A DNA stretch of 64,000 nt, from positions 956 through 64,955 of the forward strand of contig CANRNT010000009.1 of assembly GCA_947631995.1 (NCBI GenBank), read 5' to 3'. Shown piece after piece: positions 56,290 through 64,000 of the stretch. The first letter of the stretch is position 1; each line of letters begins with the position of its first letter. This stretch comes from an uncultured Clostridia bacterium. Lineage in GTDB: Bacteria; Bacillota; Clostridia; Oscillospirales; Ruminococcaceae. The translations under genes were made by a program, and so were the position numbers. The notes under the pieces were generated by a model. That model saw nothing but the letters and a program-made list of their open reading frames with translations, was not told the DNA's origin and ran no database searches.

Positions 56290-57867
56290 ATGCAGAATAT
56301 TCACGTTTTAGATTGCACCTTGCGTGACGGCGGATATGTGAACAATTGGGAATTTGGAGAAAAAAACATCAAAGAAATAGCTGAAAGGCTATGTGATTCA
56401 GCAATTGAATATCTTGAATGCGGATTTTTAAGCGAAACAAAATCAAGCACAGAACAACAAAGCATTTTTCAATCAATTCAAAATGCAAATGAAAAATTTG
56501 CTGGCTGTTCTCGTCATATTGCGCTTATGGTGAATTGCGGAGAAGTAAAAGCAGACGACATTCCGGTATATAACAGTGGAAAAGTATCTTTAATAAGAAT
56601 TGCTTTCCACAAACATCAGATAGAAGAAGCACAGGATTTATGCAGTAAGTTAAAGGAAAAAGGCTATAGAGTTTTCTTTCAGCCCATGGTAACAATGAGT
56701 TACAGCGACCAAGAATTGCTTGATTTGATCCAATGGGCAAATAGAAGCGAACCTGATGCGTTTTACATTGTTGACAGTTTTGGAACAATGAGAAAAAACG
56801 AGGTTATGCGCTTCTTTTATCTGATAGACAACAATCTGGATCCAAAAATAAAAATCGGTTTTCATTCGCATAATAATCTGCAATTGTCATTTTCCAACGC
56901 GCAAGAATTGATGATGATGAACTCAAAACGGGATATTATCATAGACTCCTCCGTCTTCGGTATGGGCAGGGGCGCAGGAAATCTCTGCACAGAGCTTCTG
57001 ACACAGTACATAAACGAAAATATAGAGAACAAATACGACCTTATACCGATTTTGGAGATAATGGACGAGTACATAATGACAATATATTCCACACGTCCGT
57101 GGGGGTATTCCGCGCCGTATTACATAGCCGCGATAAACAATTGTCACCCGAATTATGCAACATTTCTGATGAACAAGCAGACGCTGTGTATTCGCGACAT
57201 CAATACGATCATAAGAAGTATCCCGGAAGAAAACAAACGCCTATACAGCGTTGATCTTATCTCGGAACTTTACAAAAATTATCAGCAGCACAATATTGAC
57301 GACAGCGAAATGCTTCAAAAAGTAAAAGAGTTGTGCAGCGCAAGAAAAGTATTGATACTTGCTCCCGGAAAAAGTCTTGCAACTTATTCTGATAAGATCA
57401 GACAGTTCATTGAGGATAATTCTCCTGTAATTTTTGCTATAAATCACATTCCGAAAAAATTTCCGTATGACATTGTGTTTGTCAGCAATCTGAAACGTTT
57501 TAAGGGGCTAGACGATGCTGTTGAGAAACTTGGAGAGCATCTGATATGCACATCTAATATCTCAACAGAACACGCTGTAAATTATTCTTCGTATCTTAAT
57601 GAGGAGGAGATAATTTCAGACAACGCCGGACTTATGCTTATCAATTTTCTTAAAAAGGCGGCTGTGCATGATCTGTATCTTGCAGGCTTTGACGGTTTTC
57701 AGACATCGGGCGAGGAAAACTATTTTGACGGGAAAATGAATCTGAATATCCAGTATCAGAAACGCGAAGAAATGAATCTCGCGATCATAAGATATATTTT
57801 GAAACTAAAACAGAATCTGAACGTCAATTTCCTGACACCGACGATTTATGATACAGGTGATGCGTGA
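56290..57867 (+). CDS. DRE-TIM (HMGL-like) pyruvate aldolase/synthase domain fused to a C-terminal DUF115-like domain
   Basis: N-terminal VLDCTLRDGGY...HSHNN metal-site motifs of the HMGL-like / 4-hydroxy-2-oxovalerate-aldolase family. The C-terminal ~190 aa (VLILAPGKSL...LYLAGFDGF) echo the GNGPSL/..LGMD pattern of 53345..54184. Confidence 0.7.
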   Translation: MQNIHVLDCTLRDGGYVNNWEFGEKNIKEIAERLCDSAIEYLECGFLSETKSSTEQQSIFQSIQNANEKFAGCSRHIALMVNCGEVKADDIPVYNSGKVSLIRIAFHKHQIEEAQDLCSKLKEKGYRVFFQPMVTMSYSDQELLDLIQWANRSEPDAFYIVDSFGTMRKNEVMRFFYLIDNNLDPKIKIGFHSHNNLQLSFSNAQELMMMNSKRDIIIDSSVFGMGRGAGNLCTELLTQYINENIENKYDLIPILEIMDEYIMTIYSTRPWGYSAPYYIAAINNCHPNYATFLMNKQTLCIRDINTIIRSIPEENKRLYSVDLISELYKNYQQHNIDDSEMLQKVKELCSARKVLILAPGKSLATYSDKIRQFIEDNSPVIFAINHIPKKFPYDIVFVSNLKRFKGLDDAVEKLGEHLICTSNISTEHAVNYSSYLNEEEIISDNAGLMLINFLKKAAVHDLYLAGFDGFQTSGEENYFDGKMNLNIQYQKREEMNLAIIRYILKLKQNLNVNFLTPTIYDTGDA

Positions 57868-58502
57868 TGAAACAGCTTGTTATTTTTGATATGGACGGCA
57901 CGCTTGCCGACACTTCCGAAGGCATTTTTAACAGCATTCGCTGCACGCAAAAAATGATGGATCTGCCTGAGATCACATATGAGCAAATGCTTTCTCATGT
58001 AGGGCCGCCAATGGAAGAATCGTATCACAGAAATTTTGGACTTACGGGCGAAAAATTGCAGCAGGCGGTGAAATTTCACAAGGAATATGCCATGCAAAAA
58101 GGCTACCGCGAGCTGAAAGTTTATGACGGGATAATTGACCTGCTGAAAGAATTACGGAAAAACAAAATAAAAACGACGATTGCAACGCTTAAAGCGCAGT
58201 CAACGGCAGAGAAAATCGCAGATGAGTATTTCCCGGATCTGTTTGATCTAATTATAGGCGCTGATGTAAACACTCCCAAAACAAAGGTCCAAATGCTACT
58301 AGAATGTACAAATAAAACTCTGGTAAAAAAAGAAAATGCCGTCCTTGTCGGGGACAGCATTTATGATGTCAAAGGCGCAGCGGGAGCAGAAATTGATTTT
58401 ATTGCTGTGACTTATGGGTTTGGGTTTAAAGCCGATGAACAAACTTTGGCAGAGCATATTGCTGTTGCAAACGCTCCTGCGGACTTAATAAAGTATGTAT
58501 AG
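57867..58502 (+). CDS. HAD-superfamily phosphatase (subfamily IA-like)
   Basis: FDMDGTLADT motif I, a T/S motif II region, and a VGDSIYD motif IV region. ATG 57867 overlaps the upstream TGA (TGATG). GTG 57864 is an alternative start. Confidence 0.8.
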   Translation: MKQLVIFDMDGTLADTSEGIFNSIRCTQKMMDLPEITYEQMLSHVGPPMEESYHRNFGLTGEKLQQAVKFHKEYAMQKGYRELKVYDGIIDLLKELRKNKIKTTIATLKAQSTAEKIADEYFPDLFDLIIGADVNTPKTKVQMLLECTNKTLVKKENAVLVGDSIYDVKGAAGAEIDFIAVTYGFGFKADEQTLAEHIAVANAPADLIKYV

Positions 58503-58739
58503 CATGCTGCCCTGCTTATGCTGTCATGGAAGTTAAACCACGCAGCTAATTCGCCCTTGAGGACATCGAGCATTTCGACGGTAGTATTTTAGTCTACGCC
58601 TCTTGAAGTAACTCTGTTATAATATTTTCACCATTAAACAATGATGCATAAGCAAAGCAATAAATTTGTATATATTTTATAATTTAAGAATAACTTTTGC
58701 TTTGAAATTGTTTAATTATACAAAATATTTGCATATCTC

Positions 58740-58768
58740 TTGACAATCGCTCATAAAAGCAGTATATT
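58740..58768 (+). promoter_or_regulatory. Sigma-A promoter of the secreted-protein gene
   Basis: TTGACA (58740-58745), 17-nt spacer, TATATT (58763-58768). A GGAGGA RBS precedes ATG 58817. Confidence 0.55.
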
Positions 58769-58816
58769 AAGCTCGTAATAAATCTACAATAATCGACATA
58801 TTTTGGAGGACGTGCT

Positions 58817-59461
58817 ATGAAAAGACCTATTGCTTTTTTATCGGCGGCTATTTTGTTTTTATGCAGCTCGGCTGTAACAGCTTTTGCTGATGAGACCCCC
58901 AATTACAAGGTAGAGGTTGATAGGATATCCGACGGCGAAGTGGTCTTAGTTGGCGAAAACGGCATATATTCTTCTGCCGATGAATTGGCAAAGCTTACCT
59001 CCATTACACTTACAATAACAGTTGACCCCACTTCAGTCAACGCCACAGGAAGCTTTGTTATAGAAGCGGGAGACACTCAAACATACAGTTGGTCTCTTAA
59101 AGAGGAAACTGATATAGTTTTTACAGAGATAGCTGAGGACAGCAACATATACACCGCGGAAGTTACAGGCATAAGTATTCCATCAGGAAGCAAGTCCGTT
59201 AAGATAAAGTTTTTGCAGGACGGCGGCAATGATGTTTCGTTGACGGGAGTAACACTCAACGGAGCAGGCAAGCCTAAGGAAGTCGTGGTTGATCCTGCTT
59301 CATCGGAAGCAAGCTCACAGGAGGAAATATCATCGAGCGAGAGCAGCTCTTCAAATAAGCCTGCCGACAGCAGCAACAAACCGACGGGCGCAGGAGTAGG
59401 ACTGGTACTTGCGGGAACAGCTTTGGCTGCCGCTATGATAGTCTCCTCAAAGAAAAAGTGA
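58817..59461 (+). CDS. Secreted, C-terminally membrane-anchored protein of unknown function
   Basis: Signal peptide (...AVTAFADE), a domain of about 140 aa, a Ser-rich linker, and a C-terminal hydrophobic helix plus KKK. Confidence 0.7.
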   Translation: MKRPIAFLSAAILFLCSSAVTAFADETPNYKVEVDRISDGEVVLVGENGIYSSADELAKLTSITLTITVDPTSVNATGSFVIEAGDTQTYSWSLKEETDIVFTEIAEDSNIYTAEVTGISIPSGSKSVKIKFLQDGGNDVSLTGVTLNGAGKPKEVVVDPASSEASSQEEISSSESSSSNKPADSSNKPTGAGVGLVLAGTALAAAMIVSSKKK

Positions 59462-59479
59462 CAGATATTATACAACAAA

Positions 59480-59524
59480 CCCTTATCCCGAAGAAGCAGC
59501 TTTTCGGATAAGGGTATTTTATTT
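59480..59524 (+). terminator. Rho-independent terminator
   Basis: CCCTTATCC(C)G ... CGGATAAGGG stem followed by TATTTTATTT. Confidence 0.7.
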
Positions 59525-59587
59525 GCGTTATATGTTATGAAATCACAAAAAATGTAAGCTTTTATTAATAGGAGCATATTAATATAA

Positions 59588-59616
59588 TTGACAACTATAT
59601 TCATGTGTGATATAAT
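59588..59616 (+). promoter_or_regulatory. Near-consensus sigma-A promoter of the phosphonate operon
   Basis: TTGACA (59588-59593), 17-nt spacer, TGaTATAAT (extended -10, TATAAT at 59611-59616). Located 35 nt upstream of ATG 59651. Confidence 0.65.
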
Positions 59617-59650
59617 AATACTATTAGTAAATCATGAATGGGGTAAAAAA

Positions 59651-61660
59651 ATGAAGGCTTTAATACTAAACTCCGGTCTTGGCAGCAGAATGGGAGTGCT
59701 TACTTCGGAGCAGCCTAAGTGCATGACCGAGATATCGGCAAAAGAAACAATACTGAGCCGTCAGCTCAGACAGCTTGCAGATGCCGGGATCGAAGATGTC
59801 GTAATAACGACCGGATATTATGACAGCGTTCTTGTTAATTATTGCAATTCACTTGAATTGCCGCTGCATATCACTTTTGTGAAAAACCCTGTCTACGACA
59901 GTACAAATTACATTTACAGTATCTACTGTGCACGGAATTATCTTGATGATGATATCATTCTTATGCACGGCGACCTTGTGTTTGAAAATGAAGTCTTTGA
60001 TCGTGTGATCGCTTCCGATGTCTCGTGCATGACCGTATCTTCTACTCTGCCATTGCCCGAAAAGGATTTTAAAGCAAGAGTGGTTGACGGCAAGGTAATG
60101 CAGGTCGGTGTTGACATCTTTAATGAAGCGATGGAAGCGCAGGCGCTTTACAGGCTTAAAAAGGACGATTGGAAGATCTGGCTGAATAAGATCGTCGAGT
60201 TCTGCGAGAATGATAAGCGAAATGTATATGCCGAAAACGCGCTGAACGAGCTGAACGGAGCCGCTGATATTTCTGCTCTTGATGTCGAAAACCTCCTCTG
60301 CTCCGAGATCGACGACCCGAAGGATCTTGCTGTCGTAAGTGCAAAGCTTAATGAGATCGAATCCCGTACAGTATATATGTGCTTTTCAACAGACATCATT
60401 CACGGCGGGCACATTTCTATTATCAAAAAAGCACAGCGTCTCGGAAAGCTTATCGTTGGCGTGTTGTCAGACGAAGCGGTCACATCGTATAAACGGTTTC
60501 CGCTTGTTCCTGCAAAAGAGAGAAAGAAGCTCTTTGCAAATATCGCAGGAGTATATAAGGTCGTCGATCAAAAAACGCTGTCATATGCCGATAACCTTGA
60601 AAAATATAAGCCTGATATAGTTGTGCACGGCGACGACTGGGTCAGCGGATTTCAAAGACCTATACGCGATGAGGTAACATCAATTCTTTCGTCTTACGGC
60701 GGAAAATTGGTCGAATACCCTTATTCGTCAAACGAAAGATACCAAGAGCTTGAAAACCGCACACGTTCTGAGCTTTCCACACCGGATATGAGAAGAGCAA
60801 GACTACGCAGGATACTCTCCATGAAAGGCACAGTAACGGCAATGGAGGCGCACAGCGGTCTTACAGGTCTTATCGTGGAGAATACCGTGGTATACGAAAA
60901 CGGCGGTGCAAGACAGTTCGACGCTATGTGGATCAGTTCTCTCTGCGACTCTACGGCTAAGGGAAAGCCGGATATTGAATTGGTCGATATGACATCGCGT
61001 TTTCGCACAATAGACGATATATGCGAGGTAACTACCAAGCCTATTATCTTTGACGGCGATACAGGTGGTCTTACGGAGCATTTCGTGTATACCGTAAAGA
61101 GTCTTGAACGCATGGGCGTTTCCATGATAATAATAGAAGATAAAACAGGTCTGAAAAAGAATAGCCTTTTCGGCACGGAGGTAAGTCAGACCCAAGCGTC
61201 TATACCTGACTTCTGTGAAAAAATACGAGCAGGCAAAAAGGCGCAAAAGACAAAAGACCTTATGATATGTGCAAGGATAGAGAGCCTTATCCTTGAAAAA
61301 GGCATGGACGACGCGCTGGAGAGAGCATTCGCTTTTACTGATGCAGGCGCTGACGCTATCATGATACACAGCCGTAAAAAAGAACCCGATGAGATATTTG
61401 ATTTTGTCGCCAAGTTCAGAGAAAAGGATAAGACCACTCCTATCGTAGTAGTTCCGACCTCTTTCAATACAGTAACAGAGGAAGAATTCAAAGCGCGCGG
61501 CGTAAATATCATCATCTATGCAAATCAGTTGACAAGAGCAGGTTTTCCTGCTATGCAGAATGCGGCAAAGCTTATCCTTGAAAATCACAGAGCCAAAGAA
61601 TGTGACGATATATGTATGCCTTTCAAGGATATTATCCGCCTTATACCGGAGGAAAACTGA
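59651..61660 (+). CDS. Tri-domain fusion: LicC/PntC-like nucleotidyltransferase + HxGH cytidylyltransferase-like domain + phosphoenolpyruvate mutase
   Basis: N-terminal LILNSGLGSRMG (NTP-transferase). Middle FSTDIIHGGHISIIKKA (HxGH cytidylyltransferase fold). C-terminal PepM with DGDTGG and the EDKX5NS signature (IEDKTGLKKNS). Start trimmed to ATG 59651. Confidence 0.85.
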   Translation: MKALILNSGLGSRMGVLTSEQPKCMTEISAKETILSRQLRQLADAGIEDVVITTGYYDSVLVNYCNSLELPLHITFVKNPVYDSTNYIYSIYCARNYLDDDIILMHGDLVFENEVFDRVIASDVSCMTVSSTLPLPEKDFKARVVDGKVMQVGVDIFNEAMEAQALYRLKKDDWKIWLNKIVEFCENDKRNVYAENALNELNGAADISALDVENLLCSEIDDPKDLAVVSAKLNEIESRTVYMCFSTDIIHGGHISIIKKAQRLGKLIVGVLSDEAVTSYKRFPLVPAKERKKLFANIAGVYKVVDQKTLSYADNLEKYKPDIVVHGDDWVSGFQRPIRDEVTSILSSYGGKLVEYPYSSNERYQELENRTRSELSTPDMRRARLRRILSMKGTVTAMEAHSGLTGLIVENTVVYENGGARQFDAMWISSLCDSTAKGKPDIELVDMTSRFRTIDDICEVTTKPIIFDGDTGGLTEHFVYTVKSLERMGVSMIIIEDKTGLKKNSLFGTEVSQTQASIPDFCEKIRAGKKAQKTKDLMICARIESLILEKGMDDALERAFAFTDAGADAIMIHSRKKEPDEIFDFVAKFREKDKTTPIVVVPTSFNTVTEEEFKARGVNIIIYANQLTRAGFPAMQNAAKLILENHRAKECDDICMPFKDIIRLIPEEN

Positions 61661-62766
61661 TGCAGAAGATATTTACCGCAGAGGATTATAACAGCGCTCT
61701 GGACGGGTATTTCAAAGATTTGGGAGCAAAGAAAATACTGCTTGTGTGCGATGCTTTTGCAGAGAATTTGCGCCCATACGGATATTTTTCCGACTTAGGA
61801 AGACTAGGGATTGAGGTTATCAGGTTTAGTGATTTCGGGCCTAATCCGGAATATGATTCTGTAGTATCAGGAGTTAAGTCGTTTAATGAAAACGGCTGCG
61901 ATGCGGTTGCAGCGATTGGCGGAGGCTCGGCTTTAGATGTTGCCAAGTGCATAAAGCTGTTTGCCAAAATGGACAGCGGCAGCAATTTTCTCGAGCAGCA
62001 AGCAGCTTTCAATAACATTCCTCTTTTTGTTGTTCCTACTACCGCGGGAACAGGCAGCGAAGCGACACGTTTTGCAGTTATCTACTTTAATGGCGCGAAG
62101 CAAAGCGTTACTCATGACAGCATCATTCCGCAGGCTGTATTGCTTGATGCGGAGGTTTTAAAGTCGCTTCCCGAATATCAGAGAAAGTCCACAATGTTAG
62201 ATGCGCTTTGTCACGCGGCAGAATCATTTTGGTCGGTCAATTCCACGGAAGAGAGCAAGGCTCACAGCACGAAGGCTATAAGGCTCATACTCGACAACAT
62301 GGACGGATATCTTTCCAATATCCCCGAGGCGAACGCAAATATGCTTCTTGCCGCCAATATTGCAGGAAAAGCTATCAACATAACACAGACGACCGCAGGA
62401 CACGCCATGTGCTACAAGCTCACATCTCTTTACGGTATTGCGCACGGTCATGCTGCTGCTCTGTGTGTAAAAGAATTGTTTCCGTATATGATAAGTAACG
62501 TTGATAAATGTATCGATAAAAGGGGCCGTTCATACCTTGAAGATACTTTTGCCGATATAGCTTTGGCATTTGACTGTTCTTCCGCACAGGAGGCGGCAGC
62601 GCGGTTCGGCAAACTGTTTAAAGGACTGGAGCTGCCTGTCCCGAAAGCCGATGAAAAGGATTTTGAAATTTTGAAAAAATCAGTAAATCCTGTTCGCTTG
62701 AAGAACAATCCGATAGAGCTGGACGAGGATACAATAGATATGCTTTATCACAAAATACTTGACTGA
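61660..62766 (+). CDS. Iron-containing alcohol dehydrogenase (putative phosphonoacetaldehyde reductase)
   Basis: GGGSALDVAKC and H...H metal motifs (AGHAMCYKL...HGHAAA). TGATG overlap with the PepM fusion. Positioned between pepM and ppd. Confidence 0.75.
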   Translation: MQKIFTAEDYNSALDGYFKDLGAKKILLVCDAFAENLRPYGYFSDLGRLGIEVIRFSDFGPNPEYDSVVSGVKSFNENGCDAVAAIGGGSALDVAKCIKLFAKMDSGSNFLEQQAAFNNIPLFVVPTTAGTGSEATRFAVIYFNGAKQSVTHDSIIPQAVLLDAEVLKSLPEYQRKSTMLDALCHAAESFWSVNSTEESKAHSTKAIRLILDNMDGYLSNIPEANANMLLAANIAGKAINITQTTAGHAMCYKLTSLYGIAHGHAAALCVKELFPYMISNVDKCIDKRGRSYLEDTFADIALAFDCSSAQEAAARFGKLFKGLELPVPKADEKDFEILKKSVNPVRLKNNPIELDEDTIDMLYHKILD

Positions 62767-62776
62767 GGTAAATAAA

Positions 62777-63898
62777 ATGAAAGTACAAAAACTAGTTGAT
62801 ATAATAGGCTCAGATTTTTACACGGGCGTGCCTGACAGCCAGCTAAAGGCGCTGTGCAACTATCTTATGTCTGAATACGGCATAGACCCAAAGCACCACG
62901 TCATAGCCGCCAACGAGGGCAACGCCGTCGCTCTTGCCGCAGGTTATCACCTCGCAACGGGCGATACACCTGTTGTATATATGCAAAACAGCGGCGAGGG
63001 CAATATCATAAACCCCGTCGCAAGCCTTATGAACGATAAGGTTTACGCTATCCCTTGCGTGTTCGTCATAGGCTGGAGGGGCGAGCCCGGCGTTCACGAT
63101 GAACCTCAGCACATCTATCAGGGCGAGGTGACCCTTAAACTGCTCGAAGATATGGACATAGCCGCTTTTGTTATCTCAAAAGAAACGACGGAGAGCGAGC
63201 TTTCCGAAAAAATGGAAAGCTTCAGAAAACTTCTTGCAGTCGGAAAACAGGTCGCGTTTGTAGTAAGAAAGGGCGCGCTGGAGTTTGACGGCAAGGTGAA
63301 GTATGAAAACAGCAACAGTATGGTGCGTGAGGACATCATAAAGCATATCGTTGAATATACGGGTAACGACCCGATAGTTTCAACAACCGGCAAGGCGAGC
63401 CGTGAGCTGTTTGAGATACGCGAAGGCAGAGGAGAAGACCACAAGAGGGATTTTCTTACTGTCGGTTCTATGGGGCACGCTTCGTCTATCGCGCTCGGCA
63501 TAGCATTTCAAAAGCCCGACCAAAAGATATGGATAATAGACGGCGACGGCGCTGCGCTTATGCACTTGGGTGCTATGGCTGTGATAGGCGCGAATGCTCC
63601 AAAGAATATAGTACACATTGTTATAAATAACGGAGCGCATGAAACCGTTGGCGGTATGCCTACCGTTGCAGGAAACATCGACCTTGTCACGATAGCCAAA
63701 GGCTGCGGATATCCGTGTGCAATAAAGGCTGAAAGTTTTGAAGAGCTTGACCAAGCGTTGGCATTGGCAAAAGAACGCGATGGGCTTTGGCTGATAGAGG
63801 TTTCCTGCTCGATAGGGGCGCGCGACGACCTCGGCAGACCGACGACAACGGCAAGGGAGAACAAAGAGGCGTTTGTAGAAAATTTACGCGGCAAATAA
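62777..63898 (+). CDS. Phosphonopyruvate decarboxylase
   Basis: N-terminal FYTGVPDSQLK motif typical of Ppd/AepY. ThDP motif IDGDGAALMHLG...NNGAHETVGG. 373 aa from ATG 62777. Confidence 0.85.
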   Translation: MKVQKLVDIIGSDFYTGVPDSQLKALCNYLMSEYGIDPKHHVIAANEGNAVALAAGYHLATGDTPVVYMQNSGEGNIINPVASLMNDKVYAIPCVFVIGWRGEPGVHDEPQHIYQGEVTLKLLEDMDIAAFVISKETTESELSEKMESFRKLLAVGKQVAFVVRKGALEFDGKVKYENSNSMVREDIIKHIVEYTGNDPIVSTTGKASRELFEIREGRGEDHKRDFLTVGSMGHASSIALGIAFQKPDQKIWIIDGDGAALMHLGAMAVIGANAPKNIVHIVINNGAHETVGGMPTVAGNIDLVTIAKGCGYPCAIKAESFEELDQALALAKERDGLWLIEVSCSIGARDDLGRPTTTARENKEAFVENLRGK

Positions 63899-64000
63899 TT
63901 TTGCATAATAAATCACCCGACGATCTTCTGATCTGACCCCAAAAAGTTAGACAAAAATATAAAAATAAATTTATGCAAAGCGACTAAGAGCAATCTTGGT

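Noticed and set aside
58503-58620. Relatively GC-richer stretch after the HAD gene. Its reverse translation (..EMLDVLKGELAAWFNFHDS..) vaguely recalled the C-terminal end of IS3-type transposases.
   Set aside because: The stretch is only about 20 residues with no DDE motif, no inverted repeats and no flanking direct repeats. The resemblance is too weak to call a mobile-element remnant.
59380-59461. Possible sortase sorting signal (NKPTGAG + hydrophobic helix + KKK) in the secreted protein.
   Set aside because: KPTG does not fit LPxTG or the clostridial (S/P)PxTG spacing, since Pro is not two residues before Thr. It is treated as a simple C-terminal membrane anchor.
1-64000. Search for CRISPR arrays, tRNA/rRNA genes, integrases, transposases, toxin-antitoxin pairs or recognisable defence-system genes.
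   Set aside because: None was found by eye. The intergenic regions are short and have no repeat-spacer periodicity. No cloverleaf-like sequences were seen, and no recombinase or nuclease families were recognised.

Overview
This 64-kb window looks like chromosome from a spore-forming Firmicute. By gene content and codon style it is probably a Clostridia / Oscillospiraceae-like organism, but that is inference; no rRNA or tRNA is present to anchor it. Coding density is high.

**Left ~41 kb: mostly housekeeping**
- A polysaccharide deacetylase, an MCP chemoreceptor, pfk, and an HD-GYP-type phosphodiesterase with a large propeller sensor.
- A long minus-strand block that reproduces the Bacillus subtilis order spoIIIAA-AH / asp23-like / nusB / xseA / xseB / ispA / dxs / tlyA / (nadK) / argR / recN.
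- A MoxR-DUF58-transglutaminase triad, yajC, and pssA-psd.
- A three-gene NuoE/NuoF/GltD-fusion flavin-FeS cluster resembling the Sporomusa-type (Stn) transhydrogenase.

**Right ~22 kb (41.5-63.9 kb): a plus-strand surface-glycan locus**
- Most of it is visibly lower in GC than the flanks.
- Standard parts are a PglC-like priming transferase, GT2, an EpsG-type polymerase, a Wzx flippase, two tandem GT32-like paralogs and wecB.
- Three unusual precursor modules are the most interesting content:
  1. An RpiB-like isomerase + IspD/TarI-like cytidylyltransferase + SDR + a second DXS-like ThDP enzyme, next to a TagF-like phosphotransferase.
  2. A NeuA-like cytidylyltransferase + DRE-TIM aldolase fused to a DUF115-like domain + HAD phosphatase + a DUF115/GT42-like transferase.
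  3. A phosphonate cassette: a tri-domain nucleotidyltransferase-cytidylyltransferase-PEP mutase fusion, an Fe-alcohol dehydrogenase and phosphonopyruvate decarboxylase.
- A hexapeptide acetyltransferase in the locus is frameshifted at a G6 tract.
- A strong intrinsic terminator sits in the locus leader.

No CRISPR arrays, rRNA/tRNA genes or clear mobile elements were seen. All functional calls rest on motif and family recognition by eye, not on database searches.
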